This document shows, in pieces, positions 18,910 through 28,571 of a DNA stretch of 64,000 nt. The DNA is from a virus, in IMG/VR virus record IMGVR_UViG_3300031718_000003, positions 1 through 64,000 of that record, one strand, 5' to 3'. The stretch's first letter is position 1; every line of letters starts with the position of its first letter. Below the pieces are notes generated by a model. That model did no database searches and was not told the DNA's origin. It saw only the letters and a program-made list of their open reading frames with translations. A program made the position numbers and the translations under genes.

Positions 18910-19332
18910 TCACACACTCCGCGCATACTCCAGGCATCGGCTGTCATCTTGGCGTATCCGCTGCTGCGCCGCCCAGATAAATGCGCCGTGAATCTCGCGA
19001 TGCGCTTTATCCCCCCGAGGTTTTACGCTCGCGAGCAGCCTCACGTCCTCAGGTTTCATCGCCGCCACCTGGTCGTGGGCGAGCTGAAATACGTCGGTCG
19101 GCTCCGGCTCACGAAAGCTGAAGCCTTCCATGCGCACTGGCTCGTACACCCACTTGGCGGAGCCACTAGCGGCTTCGGCTAGAACCGCCTGCGCGGTTGC
19201 GGTCGAGAACCGGCTGTCGAGCAGCATCTGGGTGTAAGTGTAGAATAGCCAGTGCGATCGCTGCCATTCCAGCTCCTGAGCGATCAGGCTGACACGGGTT
19301 CCGCGCGTGAAGGTTGGATTTTTTTGTCGCAT
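18910..19332 (-). CDS. hypothetical protein
   Basis: ORF in operon. Confidence 0.45.
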   Translation of the reverse strand: MRQKNPTFTRGTRVSLIAQELEWQRSHWLFYTYTQMLLDSRFSTATAQAVLAEAASGSAKWVYEPVRMEGFSFREPEPTDVFQLAHDQVAAMKPEDVRLLASVKPRGDKAHREIHGAFIWAAQQRIRQDDSRCLEYARSV

Positions 19333-19343
19333 TCGCAGCAGTT

Positions 19344-19583
19344 TTAGCCGGGTAATTTGGGTTCAGCGGCGACGGTGGCCGCCTCGGTTTCGGCGATTGT
19401 CGAGTGCGCGTTGAAGTCCTTGCTCATGACGCCCATGGCGGCAAGGCCGCCTACCATTGCGTATTTTGAAATCGCAACGAGCCAGGGCATATGCACGAAC
19501 AGCTCCGGGGAGAACACTACGAAACCGAAGCTCGCAGTGATAACGGACGTTACCGACGTCTTCCAGTTCTTCCAGAGGTTCAA
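19344..19583 (-). CDS. putative holin-like small membrane protein
   Basis: NWKTS + two hydrophobic segments + SKD; TTG start overlaps the upstream stop. Confidence 0.5.
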   Translation of the reverse strand: MNLWKNWKTSVTSVITASFGFVVFSPELFVHMPWLVAISKYAMVGGLAAMGVMSKDFNAHSTIAETEAATVAAEPKLPG

Positions 19584-20020
19584 ACTGAGGCCTCGGCAAG
19601 AACCAGTGCCATGGAATACAACTGGCCCGGCGATACCTCGCGCGCCAGGAAGCCGGGGAAGATTCCATCCTGTTGCAGCGCGAGCACGCAGGAACCCGAG
19701 CACATCAGATCGTTGCGCTCGTCGGGGAGAAACGGCAGCGCAAACCCGATATCGGCGGCCCAGTCGTAGCCACGGCCGGTCTGAGCCTGCGCCCATGCGC
19801 GCACTGGAGCTTCGGGATATTTCGACGGGATCTCGACAAAGTCCCAGAGCTTGTCTGATCCGTCGAACGGCAAAAGGTTCACGGCGGGCGTTTTTTCCGC
19901 GCGCGCGCTGAACGCCACACCATCGGTAAACACCAGCTCTACGTGCGAATAGGGGGAATGCGTGCCGTATTCGATGGCAACCGACAGGATGCCGGCGCCT
20001 TTGTGGAATGCCAGTTTCAT
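19580..20020 (-). CDS. permuted papain-like (YiiX/NlpC-P60-like) amidase
   Basis: SPYSHVELVF...GRGYDW...CS..C...SPGQL. Confidence 0.7.
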   Translation of the reverse strand: MKLAFHKGAGILSVAIEYGTHSPYSHVELVFTDGVAFSARAEKTPAVNLLPFDGSDKLWDFVEIPSKYPEAPVRAWAQAQTGRGYDWAADIGFALPFLPDERNDLMCSGSCVLALQQDGIFPGFLAREVSPGQLYSMALVLAEASV

Positions 20021-20195
20021 TGGAATTTGCCCTAAAATGGAAGAATCTGTGGCCCTTTGTCGCGGCCAGTGTTCGGGAGACACTGACACAATAAAACACA
20101 GATGAGCAATCGCATCGAATCGAACGCGGGAAACAACCTCTTCCCAAAGCCTAGTGGGCGAGCCGTCTTAATCGGGCCGGACGGCTCCAGGGCAT

Positions 20196-20396
20196 TCAAA
20201 CTTTTGGATGCTGCTCCCGAATCTCAGCCTGGAAGAACTTTCCTTTCGAACCGGATTCCAGAAATCGCTTGACCTTCGCGAGTGGAATTATATGCCTGCT
20301 GACTGCGCCGCTATGCCAGTGAATGCGGACCTGGTTGGTTGCGGGATCGTGCTCGATCGCCTGGATCGCAGAGGAGTCTACGGGATGGAAGTTCAT
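20196..20396 (-). CDS. KTSC domain protein
   Basis: VDSSAIQAIEHD...SKGKFF..EIR. Confidence 0.8.
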   Translation of the reverse strand: MNFHPVDSSAIQAIEHDPATNQVRIHWHSGAVSRHIIPLAKVKRFLESGSKGKFFQAEIREQHPKV

Positions 20397-20671
20397 GAGG
20401 CACTGTCGCCGCGCGCGGCATCAGCCATCCGCTTCTTCCAGTAGGTGACGACAAACTTGACCATGGACTCGCCAGCGATGCCGAGGAGTGCGCGTGCGCG
20501 GCTTACCTGCACCTTGACCGTAGCCACCGAAGTGCCAAACCGCTCCGCAATCTCCTGATAGCTCAGGCCCTCCTCGCAGATCAGTTTGATGATCTCACGC
20601 TCGCGCGGGCTGAGTCCGCGCTCGTGTTCGCCGGTACGGCCATCCAGGCTGATGCGCGCATCCCCTATCAT
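20393..20671 (-). CDS. LuxR/sigma4-type HTH protein
   Basis: LSPREREII...GLSYQEIAERFGTSVATVK. Confidence 0.75.
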   Translation of the reverse strand: MIGDARISLDGRTGEHERGLSPREREIIKLICEEGLSYQEIAERFGTSVATVKVQVSRARALLGIAGESMVKFVVTYWKKRMADAARGDSAS

Positions 20672-21049
20672 TTTACCGGCTCGACATACTCGGCGGGCAT
20701 CAACCGCACGCGGTTCGCGATGATTTGGCCGACGTGATTCACTTTAGCGGGAATCTCAATGTGCGCGAGGCCGTTCTCGATCTTGATGAGCTTGCCGATT
20801 ATTTCCATGCTCGGGTCGAACGCTGTGGGACCGCGGTAGCGCACGGCATCGCCGGGCCGGAGATGCGGGTGCAGGATGAGATTCTTGACGCGCTCGGCTT
20901 CGCCCGCCTGGCGCGCCGTCCACAGTTCGGCTTGGGTTGGGGCTACCATAGATCCATCCAAATAAAAGACGGGGCCTTGCCTGGCAATTGATCGCGGATG
21001 GCTCGTTCGGACACTCTGCGCCGACGGCAGGTAGGGCGGAAGCCTAACG

Positions 21050-22480
21050 TCACGTCATCCAGCTCCGATCCCCGCCTGGCACATGGACAGCCGACGGCCT
21101 CGGCTGCGGCTTCGATGTCAAAGTTTTCAGACCCGTGGTGGACAGGACGTACCGGACGCAATCCATCAAATGGTCGTTTTTCTTCACGATCTTGCCCTTC
21201 TCGTCCCGATGATAGCGCGAGATCTCGCGGCGAAAGTTCTGAAGATGCTCCTGAACCTTCAACCTCCCCGATACCAGCCGCTCCCACACGATTTGAATGC
21301 CGGTCTCGACAGCGTTCTCACAGGGATGGAGCATCAGACCGGCCTTGCGGTAATGCTCCATCAGAGAACGGCCATCCACCTGCGAGCTTTGGAGGCAGCC
21401 GGGATCGACTACGCCATGTATCCACTCGCCCCTGGCGCGGATCGCCATCGCGTGGGAAGCTGGCTCGCCGGCGCTTTGATAGTGTTCGTCGTAGAGGACC
21501 AACTGCCCGTTGCCGGGATTCTCGGCCGCCCACAAGGCCGCCGTGAGCCGCCAGCCCACATCGAGTGCATAGACGCGCCGCCAGGAGGCGGGAATGGGCG
21601 CGGTCTTGATCAGGAAGTCCTCTTCCGGCAGGGGATAGATGGCGCCCGCGCCGAGCGACGGCTCGCCGAGTGTCCGCGCTTTGATCTGGTAGGCGGGAGT
21701 CGTGGCAATCAGGATGTCCTTCTCCGCCTGCTCCATGTGCGGAACGTCCTTCCAACCGGCCTGTATCCAGAATTTGTGCGCCGCGGCGCCTTCCTTCGGC
21801 TCCAGAAATCCGGTTACAACCTCACTCATGCCCTGGAGCGGCGTGAAAGTGGTGTAGAGAATCCCGCGGGTTGTGACGGTGCGAAACAGGATCTCGGTAT
21901 AGATGTCCTCCGGAGGCTCTTCGTCGAGCCATGCGAAGTCCAGTGAGACTCCCTCGAAGCTCTTCCGGCCCTGCTCGTAGGTCTTCAGCCCAACGCTCGA
22001 CCAGGCGCCAGAGACGTGCTTTACCCAGATCGTCTCGATCGATCCGCTGAGACCTGAGCGGCGCGGAAGCGTCTTCACGATCCGGTCCGCCGGGATCATG
22101 CCAGTGCCCTGCGCTTCGAGTGTGCCTGCGAGTTTGAACTGCACGATATTGCGAGTGCTCTCCGAGGTCGTGCCGCACGCCCAGCCCGCGGTAGGTCCAC
22201 TGAAGCGCTTCCCCGTCCACCACACCGGATAATTTCCAGTTAGATGACAGGCGGTCTCGTACGCGCCCGCATCTGACTTCCCGATGCGATTCGCGGCGCA
22301 GAATAATCTTTCCTTGTACGTCGCGCCGGCGGCGAAGAATTCGAGCTGCTTCGGATAAAGCGCGCGCCGGCGCGGCCCCGTCTCCGGGAAATATCCCCGC
22401 CACTTGTTGCGCTTCTGGAAGTCCAGGGCCGCCTGAATGGTGCCCAGATCGACCATGTCCGGTAAGCTGACAACGGTCAC
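21050..22480 (-). CDS. terL: terminase large subunit (P22 gp2-like)
   Basis: Walker A AANRIGKS, Walker B AWLDEEPP, TFTPLQG, nuclease LDVGW...NDHLMDCVRY. Confidence 0.93.
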   Translation of the reverse strand: MTVVSLPDMVDLGTIQAALDFQKRNKWRGYFPETGPRRRALYPKQLEFFAAGATYKERLFCAANRIGKSDAGAYETACHLTGNYPVWWTGKRFSGPTAGWACGTTSESTRNIVQFKLAGTLEAQGTGMIPADRIVKTLPRRSGLSGSIETIWVKHVSGAWSSVGLKTYEQGRKSFEGVSLDFAWLDEEPPEDIYTEILFRTVTTRGILYTTFTPLQGMSEVVTGFLEPKEGAAAHKFWIQAGWKDVPHMEQAEKDILIATTPAYQIKARTLGEPSLGAGAIYPLPEEDFLIKTAPIPASWRRVYALDVGWRLTAALWAAENPGNGQLVLYDEHYQSAGEPASHAMAIRARGEWIHGVVDPGCLQSSQVDGRSLMEHYRKAGLMLHPCENAVETGIQIVWERLVSGRLKVQEHLQNFRREISRYHRDEKGKIVKKNDHLMDCVRYVLSTTGLKTLTSKPQPRPSAVHVPGGDRSWMT

Positions 22481-22902
22481 TAGCCTCCCGAGTCCGCAAT
22501 CGCCTCGCGAATCTGTTGCGCCGCGAGGCCGGGCCACTGCGCTTCCGGCATCCGCACGTACGTCCATGCGTCGAGGCCGGCAATGCGCCACTGCCCGCGC
22601 GGCGTCTGGTAGAAATATTGCTCCGCGTTTGCCGAGTAGGGTCCCGTTCCATAGGGATTTTCAGCCTTGATCTGCCCGTTCCCGAACGTTTCAGCCATAT
22701 ACTGGGCCGTCGCCTCGGTCGCAAAATACATGGGATTCAGGCCCGTCGATTGCCCCGTCTGTGAATTGGTTACCGCCGGCACGATGAACGTAGGGACAAA
22801 CGGAGGCGCAACCGGAGCCGCGCCCGGCGTGGGAGCAGGCGAGGGCGCAGGTCCGGAGATCTCAAATGGTCCCCAGGTGGGGGGCGGCGTGGAATTACTC
22901 AC
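22480..22902 (-). CDS. hypothetical Pro-rich protein between terS and terL
   Basis: RBS AAGGA; stop abuts terL start. Confidence 0.55.
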   Translation of the reverse strand: MSNSTPPPTWGPFEISGPAPSPAPTPGAAPVAPPFVPTFIVPAVTNSQTGQSTGLNPMYFATEATAQYMAETFGNGQIKAENPYGTGPYSANAEQYFYQTPRGQWRIAGLDAWTYVRMPEAQWPGLAAQQIREAIADSGG

Positions 22903-22982
22903 AATGTGTTTTCCTTTTTTGCTTCGTGGTCAGTAGACTGCGCTCTCAGCGATCCGCCGTTTGCGTTCGGACCCGTCAAGAG

Positions 22983-23167
22983 ACTCGAGGTGCAGTTTTC
23001 CCTTGCATTTCCACTGATTCCCATTTAGACTGTAAAGCGTTGATAGAGCGCAGTTTATGTGAAAATATTTCATTGAACACTTATCGCCCCCCGATAAGTG
23101 TTCCGTTCGATTTCCCAATGTTTTGGCACTTTGTCGATTTGCGCTCGGCTGGGCATAGAAAAACAGG
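22983..23167 (+). repeat. 185-bp direct duplication of the rep-internal segment 40777-40961
   Basis: About 6 mismatches by eye; contains TTGCAT-17-TAGACT and CACTTATCG-N5-CGATAAGTG. Confidence 0.92.
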
Positions 23168-23185
23168 AAATCAGCGTTGTCTTTA

Positions 23186-23222
23186 GTTGCAATATCCAGC
23201 TCACGGAAGAAGGTAGTGAGAC
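23186..23222 (+). CRISPR. solitary CRISPR repeat 1
   Basis: GTTGCAATATCCAGCTCACGGAAGAAGGTAGTGAGAC, one mismatch to array repeat 9 (61960-61996). Confidence 0.93.
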
Positions 23223-23804
23223 TCAGCTTCTGCTTTGCGCTCTCATCAGTTTCTGCTTTGCGCCCTCAAGCTCCTCTGCTGTAAATAGCTCCGCGAGCGC
23301 CGTAACGGCTACTGGGATCGCTTGGCCGCCTGGTCCGCTCAGTTCTTTGCGATCCACCCAGTCGCCCATCTCGTGCGCCACCTGTTCCTCGTGGAGGCGC
23401 ATCTCGCGCAGTATCCCGGTATCGACGAGGAACTCTTCTACGACTTGGCTCTCATCGCCCGCGCCGATCGACTTCAGTTGGCAGATAACCAGCCCGGTGC
23501 TGCCGCCTGGCGCTTTGCCGGCCAGCTTCGCGGCACGCTCACGGACGACCTGGTCCATGAGTGCGAGCCGCCGGTTCAGCCGCGCGAGGCGAACTTCCTT
23601 GACCGCAGCGCCGGACTCCTTCACGCGCTTGCGCCATTCCCCGACCCAGTGGTCCACCTCGCGGGCGAACTCCGGGGTGGCCTTCCAGCGTTGGATCTGC
23701 CGCGCGCTCACTCCGAGCCGCTTGCCGATTTCATCGTTCGTCAGGCCGCCGAGCGACACCATGCGCGCGGCTTTGTAACGCGTTTTATCCCAGGCCCAGT
23801 CCAC
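23223..23804 (-). CDS. terS: terminase small subunit (N-terminal HTH)
   Basis: LTNDEIGKRLGVSARQIQRWK.TPEF; C-terminal ELSGPGGQAI; upstream of terL. Confidence 0.8.
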   Translation of the reverse strand: MDWAWDKTRYKAARMVSLGGLTNDEIGKRLGVSARQIQRWKATPEFAREVDHWVGEWRKRVKESGAAVKEVRLARLNRRLALMDQVVRERAAKLAGKAPGGSTGLVICQLKSIGAGDESQVVEEFLVDTGILREMRLHEEQVAHEMGDWVDRKELSGPGGQAIPVAVTALAELFTAEELEGAKQKLMRAQSRS

Positions 23805-23806
23805 GA

Positions 23807-24013
23807 GTTAGCGCACCCGGGGCACAGACCCCATCGAGCCACTGAAGATGCCGAAGACACTCAGCAGCCACAGCACGACGCAGATGATAACCACGACGTT
23901 CAGGAAGTTCTTGATGGGCGGGGCCATCGGAATTAGGGCGCATGTCATTCAAGGTCATCCCACAAAAGCAGCACTATGACGACCAGGGTGATGATGAGAC
24001 TGATAATCGGCAT
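23807..24013 (-). pseudogene. disrupted two-TM small membrane protein (Thivi_2564-like)
   Basis: MPIISLIITLVVIVLLLW and IPMAPPIKNFLNVVVIICVVLWLLSVFG lie in different frames, with stops near 23935-23950. Confidence 0.55.
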
Positions 24014-24060
24014 GGCTTTTTTGTTCCTTTTTCAGACATTCCCATTTAGACTGTAAAGCG

Positions 24061-24097
24061 GTTGCAATATCCAGCTCACGGAAGAAGGTAGTGAGAC
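24061..24097 (+). CRISPR. solitary CRISPR repeat 2
   Basis: Identical to 23186-23222; preceded by ATTCCCATTTAGACTGTAAAGCG. Confidence 0.93.
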
Positions 24098-24100
24098 TTT

Positions 24101-24499
24101 TCAGACCTTGGCAGTTTCCGCCGGCAGCATGGGAAGTATGATCGGCGCCGTATCTCCCGGGCTCAAAGCAACGAGTTTGGCCATTCCCTGTCGCAGCAAT
24201 TCCATGCGAATCGTTTCCATCAGCACCATCTGATGTGTCGCGGCTTGGCGGGCGAGCTCGGCAACCTCCTTGGCGGACGTCACCGCTGTTGCGTTGACAA
24301 CGGTCGCGGCTTCGAGACGGTTCATTTGGTCCTTCAGGCTCGAGCCGGTATCCGTTTTGAATTCCATCGCCATCGCGAGAAGCACGGGATGCAGCCTGGC
24401 GACCACGCCGAGAAAACTAATCAGCTTCCAGAGCGCGGCAAAAATAGCGATTGTGCTTACAGCGCAGCCAGCGACCGCGGCTAAGGTTACCCAGTTCAT
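24101..24499 (-). CDS. hypothetical membrane protein, possibly lysis-associated
   Basis: N-terminal TM then GSSLKDQMNRLE motif; strong RBS. Confidence 0.55.
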   Translation of the reverse strand: MNWVTLAAVAGCAVSTIAIFAALWKLISFLGVVARLHPVLLAMAMEFKTDTGSSLKDQMNRLEAATVVNATAVTSAKEVAELARQAATHQMVLMETIRMELLRQGMAKLVALSPGDTAPIILPMLPAETAKV

Positions 24500-25045
24500 T
24501 CACTCCCTCCCCACTGGCTGATCTTCGCGCGGTGAGCCATCCGCCGTTTGCGCCTGAACTGTTCGCTACCATCTAGATAAGGCAGCGCGAGCGCCGCCGC
24601 ACGCAGCCCGAAAAAGAAGACGGCAACCACCACGATGACAACAACGTCAGTCATTCTCTGCCCAACCGGTACTCCGCCATCCCCAGCTCGCAGACGACCG
24701 ACATCTTGCGGCACAGGACTCCCAACCGTATGAGCACCTGCTCATGCGGTAGGCGCCGGTATTCGGCGTCAGACGCGGCCACCCTGATCTCGGCGCGCAG
24801 CATCTGGAAGCGTGCAAGCAGTGACTCCGCCGGAGGCTCGTAGTCGCGCGAGAAGGCCGCAGCGAGCTCCGCGGCTTCGCTCTCGTCCTGCGCCATAGAT
24901 TTCACTGCGCTTAAAGCGGTCATCGATCGCCCGCGTCCTGCCTTCGTTTTGGGCTGCGCCCGCATCGCTGAAAAAGGAGAGTTGCGCTCGGTTCAAAATC
25001 GCGATATGCTCTTTCGGTCCGCGTCCCTCGCGAAGGACTACGGCA

Positions 25046-25687
25046 TCACTTATCGATGTCGATAAGTGACTGGCTGGCCGCGCCCGCGCCTCTTTGGGGA
25101 TCTGACACGGTAAAGCCGGTCCCGCGCCCGCCGAGCGCTACGGCTGTTTCACAGTCGTTCGCGCCAACTCGCACCACGTCGTGATCACGGACCAGAAGCT
25201 GGTACCAAGCGGGCATTCCCGCGGGCGCTTTCTTCTGCGCCAGTGGCAGCAGCGTGTTGAGCACCCCGGCTGCTACATTGCCCGTCTTCACCAGCGAGGG
25301 CTTCGCTTTTACGACGTCCAGATTCATCAACGCAGCCAGGCCCGCCGCGGCGTAGGAGCCATACGCAAACGCCTGCGCCCAGAACGACTGTGTCTCGACG
25401 GTGGCTAGCAAATCGTTGGCTTGAGTGTTGATCAGAAAACCTATACCGTGCGCGGCCAGCTCCTGGTATATCTGGCCCGCCGGAACGTCCTGCTGCCCGC
25501 ACGCCACAACGTTCCAGACTGTGTAACTTGGCTGATCTTCGCGCGGTGAGTAGGTACGGCTGACCGCGCCAGGCACGGGCATACTGGTCGCGACACGCGG
25601 CTCTGGCGGAAGCTTCACCGCCGCGCGACGCGCGATACACGCGGTAAGAGCCAGCAACAAAATAGGAACGAATGCGCGACGACGCAC
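25046..25687 (-). CDS. putative lipoprotein
   Basis: Lipobox LTAC. Confidence 0.55.
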   Translation of the reverse strand: MRRRAFVPILLLALTACIARRAAVKLPPEPRVATSMPVPGAVSRTYSPREDQPSYTVWNVVACGQQDVPAGQIYQELAAHGIGFLINTQANDLLATVETQSFWAQAFAYGSYAAAGLAALMNLDVVKAKPSLVKTGNVAAGVLNTLLPLAQKKAPAGMPAWYQLLVRDHDVVRVGANDCETAVALGGRGTGFTVSDPQRGAGAASQSLIDIDK

Positions 25688-25690
25688 CGC

Positions 25691-26053
25691 TTAGAATTTA
25701 TCCTTGTCTTTCTCGATCCAGCCCGGATCGGAGAATAATTTCCGCCACGCTTGCCTCACGATGTGCGCTTGCTTCGCGTTGAACGTGCCCTTGGCTTCGA
25801 GCTCGTCTTTGAGACGATTCATTTCGGTCGCAACTGCGTTGAACTTCACGCGGAACTGCTCGAGCGCGTATTCGGTGGCGCGCCTGTTGGCTTCGCTGCT
25901 TTCGGATCCCCGATCCTGGAGCATCCGCGCAAACGCCTGGCGGTTGTACTCCACATCCTGTTGCGCGGTTTCCTGGTGGACCTGCTGAGCCAGGATGCTC
26001 GACGACACCAGCAAAACAAAGCAAGCGGCAACGCGAATAGCGGTGTGTGGCAC
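25691..26053 (-). CDS. secreted hypothetical protein
   Basis: Signal peptide-like N-terminus. Confidence 0.5.
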   Translation of the reverse strand: MPHTAIRVAACFVLLVSSSILAQQVHQETAQQDVEYNRQAFARMLQDRGSESSEANRRATEYALEQFRVKFNAVATEMNRLKDELEAKGTFNAKQAHIVRQAWRKLFSDPGWIEKDKDKF

Positions 26054-26341
26054 GGGGCACGCTGAGGAAAAGTGGAATTGGGACTCAGGAAGATTTAAGG
26101 CAGGACGTTGCCGCTAGCCTGGGGACGGTCAAGTACAACAAACGTCACCATCGGCCAAATAGTGTCGAGCGTCAGGACGCTTTCCAAGCCGGTCCATCCG
26201 TCCACGTAATCCACCGGGCCCAGATCGTGCCGCCTGGTGCGCAGATGAATGCGTTCCCGTGTGAATACTCCGTTTCGCCGGATCGTCTCGCGCCCCACGA
26301 CGCCCACGTCGCCGGCGCTGAAAGCGGTCCGCTGATGACTG

Positions 26342-26866
26342 TCAACGTGCATGAGCGGCGCGCGCGTCCCTGCGGACGGGAATGATTTCAACGTCGGAAA
26401 CATCGACTTCAGTTGACGCGCCGGAACGCAGCAGATCGATCGCTATAACCAGCCGATGCTGCTTCTTAACACGAATAAGAACGCCCTCCAGGCCTTCGAG
26501 GGGTCCGCGCTTCACCCGTACGCGCGTGCCGGCCGTGAGTCCGGCGTCCCCATGGACCGGCTGCGGGGAGCTCATGAGTAGACGAAGCGCTTCAATCTCG
26601 CTATCCGGGATCGCTTCGATTTCCATGCCATGCCCCAGAATACGCGAAACTCCGCTGATTGAGAGCACGCTTACGCGCTGGTCGGCGGTGTCGGCAAATT
26701 GGCAAAACAGGTATCCGCGAAACAGTGGGACATCGACGAGGAGCTCGCGGCGCACGATCTGGATGCACGGAAGGAAGACGCCTAGCGCGGGCTTGCGGGT
26801 GATTTCGACAGAAACGCGTTGCTCGCAGTTGGAACGGGTCTGAACCGCATACCATCGACTCAGCAA
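26342..26866 (-). CDS. NusG paralog (UpxY/RfaH/LoaP-like antiterminator)
   Basis: WYAVQTRSNCE, PLFRGYLF, KOW VRVKRGPLEGLEGVL; at the head of the late region. Confidence 0.88.
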   Translation of the reverse strand: MLSRWYAVQTRSNCEQRVSVEITRKPALGVFLPCIQIVRRELLVDVPLFRGYLFCQFADTADQRVSVLSISGVSRILGHGMEIEAIPDSEIEALRLLMSSPQPVHGDAGLTAGTRVRVKRGPLEGLEGVLIRVKKQHRLVIAIDLLRSGASTEVDVSDVEIIPVRRDARAAHAR

Positions 26867-27065
26867 GGCAGCGCTTCGCCCCTTTCATTGCAAGCACGAT
26901 CCGGTCATTTGGATATATCGGCAGGGAGGGGTACGTTGTCCCAAAATCCAAATGCTTATGGCTTCGGGGTGAGTCGTTGTCGCACTGAAGCCGTCCGCCG
27001 TTTGCGCCTGATCACTCGAGCGCGCAAAGAACCAGGGCGCGGAGGGATAGCCAAAGCGGTAAGCG

Positions 27066-27698
27066 CTACTTGATATTCTGCGCCAACCGCGCGAGCGCGA
27101 TTGCGGCAGGTGTGATCGCCGTTCTGTGGGTGGCCGCTCCCATATCCACGCCGTACGTAGGGTCCATCAGTGGATCACCGACAATGTGCGGCACGCCGAG
27201 GATGTGCCCGACTTCGTGCGCCATGATGGTGTACGCGTCCATTCGGTCTTGATCCAGGTTCGTGACTACAATTCCGCCATTCGTCGCGCACGCGATGGAT
27301 TGCGGGCAGGCACAATTGTTTCGCAGTAGTTTCGGCGCCTTGATCTTTACCCCTAACGCAATCTCCCAGTCGCGCGTGGCTGTGGTGACCGCTTGGCGCA
27401 GCGTCGGGTCGAGTATTTCGTCTTCGTAACACACCTGGTCATAGAGCACCGAGAACACGCGAGCAGGAGCAAACAACGTATTCCCGCCCACCTCCGCGAA
27501 TACGCCCACCGTACCTTCATTGCGCATTTCTGTCCTCACGTGGTGGCCCCACGCGACGAATATCGCCGCGCAGATGAAGGCACCCGGAGGCGCCAGGAGC
27601 GCCACCAGCACGACGCAGTAGTACGCTCGGCGGCGGCGTTGCTCGCGACGCTTCTCGACAAACTGTTGCACCGTCCAGGTGTCGAAATCGTGTTTCAC
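27066..27698 (-). CDS. membrane-anchored matrixin-like zinc metalloprotease
   Basis: HEVGHILGVPH...LMDP (HExxHxxGxxH plus Met-turn). Confidence 0.75.
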   Translation of the reverse strand: MKHDFDTWTVQQFVEKRREQRRRRAYYCVVLVALLAPPGAFICAAIFVAWGHHVRTEMRNEGTVGVFAEVGGNTLFAPARVFSVLYDQVCYEDEILDPTLRQAVTTATRDWEIALGVKIKAPKLLRNNCACPQSIACATNGGIVVTNLDQDRMDAYTIMAHEVGHILGVPHIVGDPLMDPTYGVDMGAATHRTAITPAAIALARLAQNIK

Positions 27699-27910
27699 TT
27701 CGCCTCTTTAAACTTTCGGAACCGCGACATTTGCGGACGGAAGGGACAAATTTCCGCTTCTGCCGATATTAACGATGGTAGAACATTGTTAACCGGAAAA
27801 GGTTGACGGCCCAACTTTCGCGTTTCGCCGATTTCCCCGGTTTGGCGCGGCGTTGAGCGGTTTCCGCCACCGAAGCGCTACTCTCAAACCAAACAGAACG
27901 GAAGGGCAGA

Positions 27911-28555
27911 ATGCCATCCAAAACCAAAAACATTGACCAAAACAGCCCTATTTCAGCCCCAGTCGAACAGAATTGTCAAACTGTACGCCTCAGACGCCGA
28001 AGTTCGCCGGAACCGCCGAAACACCTCTCTCCTACGCAGCTCGAGGATCTGTTCCGCGTGATCTACTCGAAACGCGACGAGGCCATCTTTCGCATCGTCT
28101 ATTGCAAAGCCCTGCGCGCGAGCGAAGTCGGCCGCCTGGAACTCAGTGACTGGGATGAACGCGAGAAGATGCTGAGCGTACATCGACTAAAAGGATCTCG
28201 CTCGGCGGCCTTCGCGATGCACGACAAGGAGCTGCGCGCGCTGCGCGCCTGGCTAAAGGTCCGCGGCCGAGCGCCGGGCCCGCTGTTTCCCAGCCGCAAC
28301 CATCGCCCAATCTCGCGCATTCGCATCTGGGAACTGATGCGGCAGTACTGCAAAGAAGCTGGCATCCCCATGCGTCTCGCACATCCGCACGCGCTCAAGC
28401 ACTCCCGCGGCTCACACTTACTCGAGGAGACGGGCAAGATCCACGTGGTGCAGGACGCGTTAGGACACAAAAGTATCGCGTCTACGATGATCTACGCGCA
28501 AGTTTCCAACCGCGATCGGACGGAGGCCATAGCGCTCAATCGCAATAAATACTGA
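27911..28555 (+). CDS. tyrosine recombinase, catalytic-domain only (FimB/FimE-like size)
   Basis: LRASE, RLKGS, HPHALKHS, LGHKSIASTMIY. Confidence 0.88.
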   Translation: MPSKTKNIDQNSPISAPVEQNCQTVRLRRRSSPEPPKHLSPTQLEDLFRVIYSKRDEAIFRIVYCKALRASEVGRLELSDWDEREKMLSVHRLKGSRSAAFAMHDKELRALRAWLKVRGRAPGPLFPSRNHRPISRIRIWELMRQYCKEAGIPMRLAHPHALKHSRGSHLLEETGKIHVVQDALGHKSIASTMIYAQVSNRDRTEAIALNRNKY

Positions 28556-28571
28556 TGCGCTCACTTTTCTC

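Noticed and set aside
22930-23118. 62-aa ORF matching part of Rep
   Set aside because: By-product of the 185-bp duplication, with no evident RBS
27911-28555. Tyrosine recombinase as integron integrase or the prophage integrase
   Set aside because: Lacks the IntI-specific insertion and the N-terminal core/arm-binding domains; no attC-like palindromes seen
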